DNA from: Camelus ferus
Lineage: Eukaryota
Assembly (NCBI RefSeq): GCF_009834535.1
Contig: NC_045696.1
Location: forward strand, 10,418,001 to 10,482,000
Length of the DNA stretch: 64,000 bases
Direction: 5' to 3'
The notes under the pieces were generated by a model, which saw only the letters and a program-made list of their open reading frames with translations, was not told the DNA's origin and did not search any database. Positions 1 to 14,279 of this stretch are shown here, piece by piece (position 1 is the stretch's first letter; every line of letters starts with the position of its first letter). The translations under genes and the position numbers were made by a program.

Positions 1-1215
1 AGCCATCTGGTTCACATAATACTTGCTGCTATGTGGTTAACGTGAGAAGAAACTTTTACCAGTGGTTAAAGCCCTTCGGATTTTTCGCCGTTGATGGAGA
101 AGACAAAGCGACATGTGGTTATTATGTTATAACCACACAGTATCAAAGGTTACTTAGCTAAGTGTGAAAGTACTGGTAAGCACTGCAGACATCAAGAAAC
201 TCAGGAAACTATTCCTCGAAGCCTTCTGACTACCTCCAGTACCGCGTAAAAATCGAATAGGTTCTTCTTAGACAGAGGTCGTATGCTCTTTGATGTGCTA
301 AAAACCCCTCTCAGAGTGTGGAGAAATCAGACCCCAGTGAGCCAGTCTCCTTGGTACATTCTAAAGTCCCATAGAAGAGCAGCTGAGAGGTTCCCGATCA
401 CGTCACTGAGAGGCAGGGTGGTTCAGAGTGGGATGGGTGGACCCTGTCTCATGCTGGAAATAAATGTACACGAACAACTCAAGTGACTTCACATCAACAA
501 ATATTGAAGCACTGATAAGGCATGAGACATTCCAAAGGGCATAAAGTGACATCATAGTCTCTGCCTCCAGGATCTTGCAATCAAATAGGACAGGGAGATG
601 GGAACACAAATAAGGCAGAGGAGGAGGAAGGCAGAGAGAGTGCTTAGAAGGAGGGGGGCTGGTCAACAGGGTCCACCTCTGCAGAGGAACAAGATGGGGG
701 AGACTGGACCAAAGCGTGGGGTGAGGTTGCTGGGGAAGCCGGTGGCTTTCAGCGAACAGCAGGCAGGGAAGCCGAATCGAGAGGGATTAACCAGTGAGTG
801 GGTGTGAGGAAGCTGAGAAAAGTGTGGCGATGAAGCCCAGCGGTGAGCCGAGGAAGTGGTAGGGCCAAAGGAAATCGGTGTCTATTTTTTTTTTAAGTAG
901 AGGGAGGCCTGGGGGTGTCTACAGGCAGGGAGAAGGTGCCTGCAGAGGAGGGACTGAAGAAGCAGACCACGTGCCGGTGACGTGCTCTCCCCACGTGCAG
1001 ACCTAGCCCTGCTTCCTAACTGTTGCAGCACATCCTGAGCACCAGTGTTCCACCGTTTGATGAGCATGGTTCTGAGTTTTGTTTTACAGTGAGAACGTTT
1101 TCACAGTTTATTGGTGAGTTAGAAAACCACAGCCAGAACAAGCATTTGCTGAGGTCTCACTAGTTTCCTGGAGGGGCTCAGGGCAAGTCTGAGCTCAGCT
1201 CAGGTCTAGTCACAC

Positions 1216-1670
1216 AATGGAATAGTACTCAGCCGTAAAATGGAACACCTGCTACCACATGGATGAACCTTGAAAACGTTCTGCTGAGTGAAAAGAGCCA
1301 GGCACAAAAGGTCACATGCTGTGTGATTCCATTTATGTGACATGGTCAGAACAGGCAAATCCATAGAAACAGAAAGTAGGTTGGTGGTTGCCAGAGATGA
1401 CGGGGAGGAGGTGTGGGGTGTGACTGCTTAATGGGGACAGGGTTTCCTTTTTGGGTGATGAAAATATTTTGGAATTAGATATGGGTGGTGGTTGTACCAC
1501 ATTGTGAAATATACTAAATGCTACTGAAACATACACTTCATTATTTTTTCTTTTTTTGTTTTTGCTTTTTTTTTTTTTTAACAAATCCTTGTGTCAAGGG
1601 CTGATTTTCAGAAACATATACTTTAAAATGGTTAATTTTCTGTTATGTGAATTTTATCTAAATTAAAAAA
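1216..1670 (+). mobile_element. Old L1 (L1M-type) 3' end
   Basis: ACAATGGAATAGTACTCAGCC...GGATGAACCTTGAAAAC...ACTTTAAAATGG. Confidence 0.75.
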
Positions 1671-2784
1671 AGAAAAACCAACAGTTCAAAATGATACCAA
1701 GCCCTGCCCATTGCTGGACTCTGCATCCTTCCTTTCAAGGGTTTGTTTCTCACTAGCTTTGCAATGCGGACAAGTCACCCCTGTCCACAGTTTGCTGATC
1801 TCTGAAATGGGGGTCTTAATATTTGTTGGGCCAACAACCGCCTGGCACTACACGACCCCCATTGATTTCCTCATTGCGTGGACAGCGTGCCTCTTCCTCT
1901 AGCTTCATCACACTTCAGTCTTTATTAGCCAAAGTTGTGGCCAAAATATACCAGGCTTTGCAGGGTGACTGTCTGCTTAGTCAGGGGTGGAGTGTCTCCC
2001 CTGATGAGGGACTTTCAGTGCTGAAACTGGGGAAGTCCCGGGTAAACTGGGATGAGTAGCTCACTCTATCTTGTGCTCTGGTTAAATGACTTTGTAGAAG
2101 TCAAGGCTATGGTCTCTCCAGTTTTGGGGACAATCCCAGTTTCTCTCACCCTGAGATGGTCTTCCCTCAAAGTCACACAGAGAAGTGTGACAGGGCAGGA
2201 GGCCAGATTTTAAGACCAGTGAATCCGAACCAGGCACTAGATGAGAGGCTGGAGCAGTTTCTCCTTCTGTAGTGGAAACTGGAATCTCCTTTGAGGTCCA
2301 TGTTGTGGTCGGGATGCAAGATACAGGGAGGCAAGGCAACCTGCCAAGGATTATGCTAATGGTAGTGGGTGGAGCCTGGCAGGACAGTCTGGATTGGACC
2401 AGAACCTGGGGCTTGGATACAGTCAGTGGGTGAAATTAGGAGATGCCGCAACCTGGGAGATGCAAATAGACTGACTAATTTACACGGATGCCAAGGAGAT
2501 TCCGAGAAAGATTGGCTGGGACTCTCTACTATTTCTCTTTAATGTTCCGTGTTTTTGGAGCATGACTGTTGGAAGAAAGAACGACAGGGGCTCTGATTCA
2601 CCCTAAGGGCCGGGTGCCTGAAGGGTTAGGACTGAGGGGACCTGACCCGTGGTCCCGGAGCCTAAGTCATTTGGGAAGAGCGCTAGTCTGGGTCAGCCTG
2701 TGAGGGACGCGACAACCAGCTCATCGTGCAGCGCCTTCCGGGAAGTGGCTGCGTGTGAATGTAAAGTGGGCAGCTAATGGACTC

Positions 2785-3080
2785 TTCATGACAGCCCCAA
2801 AGTGGGAACGACCCAAATGTCCATCAACTTATGAATGAGTAAACAAACTGTGATATATCCATATAATGGAAAGTGATCAGCAATTGAGAGAAAATACAAA
2901 GTGCTAATTAATACATGCTGCTTCAATACAGACGAGCCTCGAAAACACTGTGCTAAATGAGGGTCACATGTTGTGTGAGTCTCTTTATATGAAATGTCCA
3001 GAATAGGGAAATCTATAGACAGAAAATAGATCAATGGATGCCAGGGGCTGGCAGGTGGGGTATTGGGAGGGAAAGTAATG
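2785..3080 (+). mobile_element. Old L1 3' fragment
   Basis: ACCCAAATGTCCATCAAC...AAATCTATAGACAGAAA. Confidence 0.7.
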
Positions 3081-4724
3081 GGTTCAGAAGATCAATTTCG
3101 AGTCACATGTTCCCGCAGTGCCCCCTGGGGTCATGCCAGTTTAACCTGGTGGGCCCATTACCCGTGGGCTCTGTTTATGCAACAAGACCAGCTCTTTGTG
3201 AAGGAGTCTCCGAGGCCCGGGGAGGGTGAGGAGGGAGAAGCCAGGCAGACACAGCCAGACGGAGGACCACACGACCTGTGCTCTCAGCCCCCTTAGTCTC
3301 TTCTGCCCAAATGCGGGTTTTCTGGGTCACCGAGCTGGTTGTTGCCCTGGGGTTTTGGTTTCCTGTCTCTTGCCAAGTTCCTGTTTGCCATCCTGTTGTG
3401 TGAGTTAGAACAAGTCATAACTGCGGGTGTGGGAGGCCTGGAGGCGGCCCCTCTCAGTGTTCTCAGTTCTGGCTGCACTTCAGAAACACCTGGGTCTGTT
3501 TAAAGACTGCCACTACCCAGGCTTGTCTCCAGAGTCTCTGGGTCAGTTGGGGTGGGTGGTGGGGACACACACACACCTTTGACCATACAGCCAGGATAAG
3601 AACCCTTCTTCTGTAGAAAATATTACATAACAGATCAAAGAGCATGCAGGCAAAAACAGAGGAGCAAAGCATTACAGATGTGTGTCAGGCAGTTAATTAA
3701 TATAAATATGTTATTTTCCTGGGTTTTGTGATGTCCATACTATTTTATTCCTTTTTGAGGCTTGTAACTTGTAATTTTATCTTCTCATTCTGTACAGACA
3801 TTCATGTTTGCACCTGATTTTGTAATCTTTTTCTTAAAAAGGGATTCCCAAGATTCTGTAAGCTTTATGCCCCACAAGACTTAGGATCTATTCCTCAGCT
3901 ACAGGCTCACTTAGGTTCAAGTTAAACATTTTGGCGAGAATGTTTCATACTTAAACATCACATCAGTGCTCCAGTAATGTCTGTGTGTCTCAATTTTAGT
4001 GACCACTCAGTGCAGGTGGTGACAACTGGATGTGTCCATTGTAAAGGTCCATTTCCCCACTGCAATGAGTAAGCAATCAGTGGAGTAGTATGTGGTCGCT
4101 GGTGCAAATATTCCACTCCCCAACTGAATGGTTTTAATATCCATTGATGAGCCTTTCCTGAGTCAACTATACAGGGGGTTGCAAAATGCTAATATTATGA
4201 TTCTTTCATTAATTTTCCTTTATTGGCTGGAATTCCTCTATATAGAAAGCTTTCCTTCATTAATTTCACAGGTAATTTTAATGTCAACCAACCATGATTT
4301 AGAAGCACCGATTCGGTCCACCAGCCTCATTTACAGATGAGAAATACTGAGGTAAAGGTAGGTAAAAAGATTTGCTCAGAATCATAATAACTAGCAATCA
4401 AAAGCTACTTTTTTTTTTTAATACCAAAAGAAAATTCCTTATCCTGAAACAACTCTGAAACATCAGAGCAGTACATCCCAAACTGTTGCTCTTTTAGCAA
4501 CATTTCCTGGAACAGGACCCAGCTTTGGGACATGCTAGAAGGCTTTTTGTCTCAGCCAGGAATGACATTAGCTCCCCACTCATTCTTGGCCATTATTTAA
4601 CATGGTTCTGGAAGTTCTGGCTGATTAAGTAAGATAAAAAACTAAAAAAGAGGTAAAATTATTCGGAATGAGCGTACAAAATCACCACTATTGGTATTCA
4701 GTATAATACTTTTTCTAGAATACC

Positions 4725-5235
4725 AGTTCTCAAATACCTTTCGGCCTCAGAACCCCTTTAAATCCTCTTAAAATTTCCTAAGGACCCCAAGAGACTTTTG
4801 TTTATTTGGGTTGTATCTGTGCTGATATTTCCCATATTAGAAATTAAGACTGAGAAAAAAATGTTAAAAAATTTGCTTGCCAATTTATTCAGAAGTAACA
4901 AACCAATTACATGTTAGTGTAACATATTTTTTATGAAAGATAATTGTATTTTCCCAAACAAAAAAGCATTTGATAAGAAAAATGCTACTCTTTTGTAACT
5001 TTAGAGATCTCTTTGATCTCTGGCCGAGTGGAAGGCAGCTGGGTCCTTGTGTCTGCTCTGCACTCAGCAGGTGCACTGTCACACATAATGCAGTTGGTGG
5101 AACATTCCACTGCACGCTCTTGAAAGAATGAGAGTGAAAAAGCCAAATAACCTCTTGATTATTATTATGAAAATAGTTTTGAACTTTCAGTCCTCCTGAA
5201 AGGGTTTCTGGGATCACACTTTGACAACTGCTGCT
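4725..5235. mobile_element. hAT Charlie1-like non-autonomous DNA transposon
   Basis: GTTCTCAAA...GGACCCCAAGAGACTTTTGTTTAT...CACACTTTGACAACTGCTG; homologous to 32130-32625. Confidence 0.7.
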
Positions 5236-6776
5236 CTGGAACACTCAAGAGACTCAGCTAAAAGTTTTACTAGTATCTGTTAGCTTGCTAAAGTGGCTAG
5301 ATACTGATAAATATATGAAAACGAATTGTTTTCCCGTACACTAGCATCTTTGCAATGTCCAGGCTCCACTCAGTGTGTGTGTGTAGCCACTGTGTCACCT
5401 TTATAGCAAATCTGGAATCTCTACAATCCAGATGTCCTTTTGTCTCATGTTGCTGGGAGTCCAGGCATTTCGAGGGTTCTTTTCCTCTAGCCATTCCTTT
5501 TAGGGCTCCTGGATGCAGAAAGAAGGGAAGACAGGATGAGAAGGCAGAGACGGAGGGCTCACATGTGTCATCAGAGCTGCGTCTGTTGTGAGCAGCCCTA
5601 CTGTGTGCTGTTGGCCCTCCCTCCAAGTCCTGCCCCACACTGTGCTGCTGACATCTTGGACTCCCTGGCTGGGCCTTGGAGAGAGGACCCCACGGTTCTA
5701 TCAGTGCTGCTTTGACCTTCCCATAGCTCCTGGGTAGTGGGGGAAGCAGGTGATTGAGAAGTTGGCCCAAGGGGTGTTCAGGAAGGGCATGTTCCCAAAA
5801 TCTCTGGCATCTGCCACCCTCTCTGTCACCTGACCCACCAACCAGACCTCTACATTTCTCACGGGGCAGTGCTCTCTCCTCCTCCAGTTCATCTTCCTTC
5901 CAGGAGCTGCCATCAGGGGGTGCAGTCTGTACAGGCGGGTCTCTGAGCCTCAAGTGAGTCAGTAACTGTGACTGGCATCTGTGTCTATGTCCTCACATAG
6001 CCCAGAGCCCTTCAGAAGGGCTGTTAAGCAGGCGGTGGCATTTGCCGATTGAGTCTTATTTGACACCTGTCAAGAGACTGTGAGGAGGGCAGTCATGTCG
6101 TGAGGGTGGGAAATTTTGGTAGCAAGAAAAAAAAAAAGACCTCACTTGTCCTAAAAACAATAAGAAACACTGGCAAAGCTGGAGAAGGTGGAGAAGACAG
6201 AGGTGCCAGGTGGAAAGAAGAAGGCTAAATAAGGAAAAGGCAGGTTGAGGATGATGTGACTGTTGGGAGAAAATGAGGGACCCAGATGTGAGCAGATGGT
6301 GGCCAAGTCTTCTGGAAGTGTTGTCGAGGGGTTGTGAAGGGAGCTCCTTCCTCCAGACACCTCTGGGGGCCCAGTCTGGACGTCATTCTAGCACAAAGGG
6401 AGACCCAGCCCTTTCCAGGGGACCATGACTTCTTTGTGGCTAAATCCAAAAGATGCTTTTTAGTCCCTTTCTTCCCAAAGCAGTGGACATTTTTGGTGTC
6501 ATTCAACTTTATAACAAAAAACTTGTTTCCTTTGTAAGTAGACAAAAAGTTATTTTTTTAGAAGATGATTTTCTGTGACTGTCAGGATTTTGTCCACAGT
6601 ACTATTTTCCAAGTGTCCCCAGAGTTTATCCTACTTATGTTGAAATACTGTGGAGTCTAGTTTTGTCTCAGCCCTGGAATTCTCTCTTGTTTGGATGTTT
6701 TTCATGAAATAGAAACATGTTTTACATGATTTACAGTTGATCTATTGCCCAATTTGTTTTTTAAATAGATTTTTGA

Positions 6777-7686
6777 TCCAATCAAAAACGGGCAGGAGAC
6801 CTAAATAGACATTTCTCCATACAAATGGCCAATGGGCACATGAAAAGATGTTCAACTTCTCTAATTATTAGAGAAATGCAAATCAAAACTACAATGAGGT
6901 ATCACCTCAGACTGGTCAGAAAGGCCATCATCAAAAAGTCTACAAATAACAAATGCTGGAGAGGCTGTGGAGAAAAGGGAACCCTCCTACACCGTTGGTG
7001 GGAATGTAAATTGGTGTAGCCATTATGGAAAACAGAATGGAGGTTCCTTAAAAAACTGAAAATAGAGTTGCCATATGATCCAGCAGTCCCACTCCTGGGC
7101 ATATATCCAGAGAGAACACTAATATGAAAAGACACCTTCACCCTAGTGTTCACAGCAGCACTATTTACAATAGCCAAGACATAAGAGCAACCTAAATGTC
7201 CATTGACATATGAATGGGTAAAGAAGATGTGGTGTATATATAAACAATGGAATACTACTCAGCCATAAAAAAGAATGAAATAAGGCCATTTTCAGCAACA
7301 CAGATGGACCTAGAGATTATCATACTAAGTGAAGTAAGTCAGAAAGAGAAAGATAAATACCATATGATATCGCTTATATGTGGAATCTAAAATATGATAC
7401 AAATGAACCTTTGTTTTTATAAAACAGAGACACACAGACATAAAAAACAAACTTGTGGTTAACCAAGGGAAAAGGGAGTAGAGGAGGGATAAATTAGGAG
7501 CTTGGGACCAGCAGATACAAACTACTATATATAAAATACATGAACAACGAGGTCCTCCTGTATAACACAGGGAACTATATTCAATATCCTGTAATAAACC
7601 ATAATGGAAAAGAATATATATAAAATGGAATCACTTTGCTATATACCAGAAACTAACACATTGTAAATCAACTATATTTCAATAAA
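6777..7686 (+). mobile_element. 5'-truncated L1 (ORF2 C-terminus + 3'UTR)
   Basis: [24 protein letters not shown]; approximate TSD AAATAGATTTTTGA / AAGTAGACTTTTGA. Confidence 0.92.
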
Positions 7687-8397
7687 AGTAGACTTTTGAG
7701 GTATAATTTATATATCATAAAACATCTATCTTAAGTTATAATTCAATAATTCTTAGTAATTTTATAGAGTTGGGCAACCACTACCACAATCCAGAATATT
7801 TGCTCATTTTTGTTTCGCTCTTAAAAATACCTCAAGTACAATTAGTGTTAAAGAAAAAAATGGATGTCTATTTTTTAAAAACCATGAAATTTGAAAGTAT
7901 TTTAAAGTAGTGTGTTTTTTCTTTCAGTGACAACAGCTTAAACTAAGCCAATAACTCATTTTAATGAATCAATCAACTATGGGATAATTTAACAAGCATC
8001 TCATAATGGTTAATTTTATGTGTCAACCTGGTTTGGCCATGGTATCCAGATATTTGGTCAAACATTAGTCCAGAGGTTTCTGTGAAGGTATTTTTTTTTA
8101 GATGTTCCCTATTCTCCTCATAAAGACAGCAGTCATATCGGATTAGGCTCTACCCTAATGAGGTCATTGATTAAGGTTTTACCTTAATTAATTACCTTTT
8201 CAAAGGCTCTGTCTTCAAATACAGTAAGATTCGGGGGTACTGGGTGTTAAGAATTCAACATCTACGTTTCTAGGAGGTGAGGAGAGACCCAGTTCAGCCT
8301 GTAGCAGATGAAAAGCTGGTCTCCTTGGCTAACTTCCTTTAAACCTTTATTATTTTTCCTTTTGAGATATTCATTTGAAAAAAACAGTTTCACCTAG

Positions 8398-8775
8398 CGT
8401 CTTAGTCAGTTTGGACTGATACAGCAAAAACACCGTAGACTGGGTGTCTTTATTAACAGAAATTTATTTCTCATAGTTCTGGAGGCTGGAAGTCCAAGAT
8501 CAGGATGTAGGCAGGATTGAGTTTCGGTGAAAACTCTCTTTTGGGTTGCAGACGGCCAACTTCTCCTTGTGTCCTCACCCATATGAGAGCAAAGAGGGGA
8601 AGCAAGCTCTCCAGTGACATTTATAGGAGCACCAATCCCATTCATGAGAGCTCCAGCCTCATGACCCCATCTAATCTTAATTACCTCCCCGAAGTTCTAC
8701 CTCCTAATACCATCATATAGCAGGTAGGTTTCAACAAATGAGTTTTGGGGAGACACAAACACTCAGTCCACAACA
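8398..8775 (-). mobile_element. MaLR LTR (MLT1A/B-like)
   Basis: ATTTATTTCTCATAGTTCTGGAGGCTGGAAGTCCAAGATCAGG ... CACAAACACTCAGTCCACAACA. Confidence 0.8.
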
Positions 8776-9044
8776 CCCGGATTGGAAGGTCAAAATTTAA
8801 TTTTTAATCATGTGAGTTCATTAAGGGTTTAACTTAACCTTCTTGTCAAAGCCATGATGTCTGGAGAATGACAGTGACCATGGCTGCCTGCGTTTGCTCA
8901 GGTTTTCAAAGGCGTGGAGGAACCTGAAATCTCTGTGAAGAAGGTTTAGCTCTCCTCACTTGACTTCCCCTCCAGTATGTCACTCCGAGTAAAGTCCAGA
9001 AATAGGGCTTAACACTTTTTCTTAACACTTTGTAATTTAGTGAA

Positions 9045-9940
9045 TAAATCACTCATTTGTTCATTCATTCATTTAACCATAAAATATTACTGAGCATCTA
9101 CTGCGTGCCAGTACTTTCTAAGCATCAGGGATACTCCAGTGACTAAAAGAGATTAAAAGGAAAAAACAAAGATTCCTGTCCTTGTGGAATGTACATTCTA
9201 GTGAGGGAGACAGAAAATAATCAAGAAACATAAGAGAATTTTTTTTTCCTAAAAAGAAAAATAAATCAGGGAAGTGGGTTAGGAAATGTGTGTATGTGTG
9301 TGTGTTGGCAAGGGTAGGAATGCAATTTAAGATAGAGTGAACAGGACACAGACCTCTTGGAGAAAATAACATTTGAGTAAAAACCTGAAGGAAGTGAACC
9401 TGTATGTGAGCCATGGGGATAAGCATGGGAGAAGTGCATGCTTGGCGGAGCAATTGGCAAGTGCAAAGGCCCCGAGGCAGGAGCATGCCTAGTGTTCTTG
9501 AGCAATAGCAAGGAGAGCAGTGTGGCTGGAGAGGAGAAAGCGAGGGGGAGATGAAACCAGAGGGGTGATGAGGTGCCCTGTAGATCATTGGAAAGATTTG
9601 GGATTTTACTTTGAGAAGGAACTCACAGAAGGGTTTGGTGTCAAAGTGTAGCATGATCTAGCTTACATTGCTAGCAGTCACCTAAAATTGATTGAGGGGA
9701 AACGGCTGAAGGAGGAAGGAAGACCAGCTAGGAAGCGACTGCAATCATCTTACCAGGAGATGATGGTGGCTTAGACCAGGCGGTAGCTGCAGAGGCAGGT
9801 GAAAGTGGTCAGATACGAGATGTTTTGATGGGATTTCCCAGCAGATAGAATGGGAGACAGGAGTCAAGAGTGGCAAAAGGTTTTCGGCCTTGAAAAATGG
9901 AGGAAATCAGTTGCTATTTATTGTGATGGGGAAGACGCAG
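9045..9940 (-). mobile_element. L2 fragment
   Basis: CATTCATTCA..TACTGAGCATCTACTGCGTGCCAG (reverse of L2 3' end) and purine-rich L2 body. Confidence 0.7.
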
Positions 9941-11486
9941 GGGTGGAAATGGTGATTTGGTTTCAAATCAGCTGAAGCACCCGATTCTAGAATCTTCTAG
10001 ATAATCCTGCAACCATGAATTGTCCAGCAAACTGTACGTCCATCACTGCTTAGCTCAGTAATTGCTTATCTTAGCTCATCCATGGTGTGACCTGCCGTAT
10101 GAGGGATTTATTACCGTATGAGGGATTATATTACACCTGTGGTGTAATTAATGATCGCTCCTACTTACTGAGTACTTCTTGGGCTTCAGGCTGAGGTGAC
10201 GCTGCTTGCCCAAGCTCACACAGCCAGTAGGTGGCAGAGGTGGGATTTGAACCGATTTTGCTGGCCGTGAAGCCCCTGTCCCTTGGACACACAGTTTGGT
10301 GTCTAATTGCAAAACTGAACGAATGTTGCGTCACATCAGAAAGAAGTGTTTGCTAAGAATTCTAAATTATCCATTCCCATGCTCTCGGGTGAACTCTGTA
10401 GTTTATCTGTTCTTATGGCAGTTGAGTTTTTGCTTAAGTTCCACACTTAAAAAAATAAGCTTCCCTGCATTAGAGGAAGTGTAACTAGATAACTGCATGC
10501 TTGGTCGAGGGGAAATTTTCAAAATAAAAGACACTCTACATTTGAGGAAGTGGGTTAACAGGCCAAAGAATTAGAGAAATTCACATTTCTCCGTGACAAT
10601 TGTTTAAAACTGAATGGACAACACAAAAGCAACCTTACATCCTAAGTTTATAATCAGCCCATGTCGATGATCCTTGAACGTGGTCTGCCCCGACTACACA
10701 GTATGGGCATTTAGTAACCAATCGAGGTTTGTAGGATGGATGAATGCTCTTGGCCTCCTTTTTCTTTTGTTTGTTTTTTTCAACTTCCTTTCCCTGAAAT
10801 AACAGACAGCAACAGAACTAGGAAGACGCAGGCTTCAGTTCACATATTCATTCTTGACGGTTATTGTCATCGAGATGTGAGTTACAGGAAGTGGATACCA
10901 GTCACAGCTGCTACAGGGCCAGTTACAGAGAACAGCTTTGGGTACAACCTCAGTACAGTTTCTGAGGAAAACAAATATGCAAGACAAATGCTTCATTTTA
11001 CCAGTTCCTCTCTCTCGAAAGAAGTCAAAACTCATCTATTATTTTCTACATAGTTATGATTTTAATGAGGTCAAATGAACACTTTTTGCTCAGGGGAAAT
11101 ATGCACTCAACCCCCATAGGTAATTGGTCATTTAAGATGAACTCTCCCAATTTCTAAGCCTGCAGGTTGTTGACCATACTGTGCAGGCATGGCTAGGTGC
11201 TCTGCTCAGCATATTATAAAGTGTTGTCTGGACTGAGCGCTTGTCTGGAGACTCTGGGGAAAAACCCCCTTTGAAGCCTGTTCTTGTCGTTGGCAGAATT
11301 CTGTTCCTTGAAGCTGTAGTTCTAAGGACCTGAACTTTAGTTCCATGTTGACTGTCCACCAGTGGCGACAGGCCACCCAAATTCTTTGCGATGGGGCTCC
11401 CTCTCTCCAGAAAGGCTGAGTTGAATCTTCATGCTTTGGATTTCTGACTTCCTCTTCTGTGATGAGCCAGGGAAAACACTCCCTGT

Positions 11487-12246
11487 TGAAGTACAGTCAG
11501 CTACATTGTGTCAATTCCTGGTGTACAGCACAATGTCCCAGTCATGCATATACATACATTTGTTTTCATATTCTTTTTCATTAAAGGTTATTATAAGATA
11601 TTGAATATAAGTTCCCTGTGCTATACAGAAGAAAAAATTTTTAAATCTACTTTTATATATAGTGGGTAACATTTGCAAATCTCAAACTCCCAAATTTATC
11701 CCTTCCCACCCCCTTTCCCTCGATAACCATAAGATTGTTTACCATGTCTATGAGTCTGTTTTTGTTTTGTAGATGAGTTCATTAGTGTCCTCTTTTTTCT
11801 TTTCTCCTTTTTTAGATTCCAAATATAAGTCATATCATATGATATTTTTTTTCTCTTTCTGGCTTACTTCACTTAGAATGATGATCTCTAGTTCCATCCA
11901 CGTTGCTGCAAATGGCATTATTTTATTCTTTTTTATGGCTGAGTAGTATTCCACTGTATAAATATACCACAACTTCTTTATCCAGTCATCTGTCGATGGA
12001 CATTTAGGTTGTTTCCATGTCTTGGCTATTGTAAATAGTGCTGCTATGAACACTGGGTTACATGTATCTTTTCAAATTAGAGCTCCCTCCAGATATATAC
12101 CCATGAGTGGGATTGCTGTATCATATGGTAAATCTATTTTTAGTTTTCTGAGGAATCTCCATACTGTTTTCCATAATGGCTGCACTAAACTTCATTCCCA
12201 CCAGTCATATAGGAGGGTTCTCTTTTCTCCACAGCCTCTCCAGCCA
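11487..12246 (-). mobile_element. 5'-truncated L1 (ORF2 C-terminus + 3'UTR)
   Basis: [43 protein letters not shown]. Confidence 0.92.
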
Positions 12247-14279
12247 TCTGCTGCTTTCTATGTTCAGAAAAGTGGATGATTAGATGAGCTCTCTTTGATG
12301 CTTTACTGTACTGTCAGCCATGCTTAGACAGGATAGCAGTTCTTACGGTGAGCTCTCTGGGGACTGCCTGAATCTTAGATGTGTGATGTGGTTGGGAGAA
12401 AAGAGATGCCAGATGGTGAAAATTAAGGAACTGATTCCTTAATTCCTCTATTAGAAAGCTATTTCATGTTCCTCGAGCATGCTGTGCAGTTAGAACGTGC
12501 AGTAAACATTGTAAAAAGTCTTAACATAACTTGGAACAGATTTCAATGAGATGCAAATGGAGTAATTTTCAGTCATAAAAATTGGCCCGAAAATAAGCCC
12601 TCCAAATAAAACATATGGAGATACTCAGCTTCTTGGTTTGTTGAGAAGAAATTTTAAAGAGAATTTTAGAGTATACCTAACAAATTTGCCTACCATTTTG
12701 GAAAGTTAGTTTTGTTTTTTTCAATTTCTTATAGGGCTTGACCATTTTTCCATCTGGCTCCTGAGTTAACTAGTTGAATTAAGATGAAAGGAAAGCATTC
12801 AAGTCCCCGCAAAACTTTCCCACATGAGTCAATTGATGTGAACATGTTACACGATGCTCTGTAGTGACAGGAGATCTTTTAGGTCATTTTAAGGCTATTT
12901 ATTGGGTTCAGTAGACAAAGATGGAAGAAGTGATTCCAAACACTGTTCCACACTGCACTTTGGCCATAACCTCAATGTGGTACCCAGCATGGTCTGGCTT
13001 CTCCCTGGGGCGGATGGGCCAGGAGATGCTGCAATGTTAGTCATCTGTCTTGGATCATAGCTCTGACTGTTCTGTAACCCCCGTCTTTAGGATCTTGTTC
13101 AAAAGATGAGAGTAAGAGGATGAGTCAGAGTCAACTCAGCCAGGAGGGTTAGTGCAGTGGTCATACCTTGGGGCCAGGGCTGGGGTCAGGTCCAACTCAG
13201 CTGTGAAGCAGGGTCTACTGCTTCCCATCCTCTCCAAGGCTATTTCTATAGATGTGGGGCTTCCTTCTCAATGATTCATTCACTATAAAGTCCTACTCAT
13301 TAAAAGGCAAAAGTGGTTTTGTAGAGGAGGTGGTGGCTAAGTATTTGCTCAACTGCTTTGTTCTTGCTTAGGAAAACCAACAACCAAGTCATTTCTGGGT
13401 CAGGTCATGGTGACCTGCACAAGATTTTTACTTTTTTTTTTCTTTCCTTGTTGTTCAAGATGAGATATTTATAAGTGGAAGAACTTCAAGAAGCTACATG
13501 TATAACCATACTTTGAGTAACTATCTTCTGAGGGTAATCATGCCTAAGGATTCACTGTGGAGCTCTTTGGCACGGATTGAGGCACACCATTAAAAAAAAG
13601 TTCCAAGCCGATGTTTCCCAAATTGCAGACTTATTTGTGGGGCACACTAAGTATCTTCCAGAAATTTAAGAATTTGCTTTCATTTTGGTGGTAATCTTTA
13701 AAAAAACATATATAAGCAAATTCTGGAATCATCAGAATGAACCTATCATGTGTTTGTGCTTAGGGTTTCCTTGGGGTGTGCTAGCACTATTTTGACCATA
13801 TCCAGGTAATGGGACATAAACAGAGACAGACTTAACATGTTCTAAACTTGCCAAATATGGTTAAGTGGTATTAACTATGTACTATACAATCAGAGATTCA
13901 TCATAGTTTGATTTTTTAAAAAAGTAATTACATACTAATTTGGTTCATTATAGGGTACACGGGAGACAAGCCATGCTGAGCTCATAAGAACCTTCACTTT
14001 AGATTCATTCTGCCAGTGGCAATTTAATTTTAACAAATAACATTATTCTAAATATTGGGTTAATGTTTTTTGCCTTAATTTTATTGTTTTACAGTTTTGA
14101 TTAGAATTCACTTATAAATTTGATTTGGTTTTGTGGTTGTATGAGAGCTACAAACTGAAGATTATATTCAGTTTTAAATTCACACGTACTTAAGGAATAT
14201 TATAATTTTAAAATGGTCAGTATTGGGAAACACCAAAGAAGCCAATTACAGTCCAGCTTCTCACAATGTAAGACCAAGT

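Noticed and set aside
5297..5953. Longest ORF in the track (218 aa)
   Set aside because: Non-ATG start, no recognisable domain, no supporting splice structure; expected by chance.
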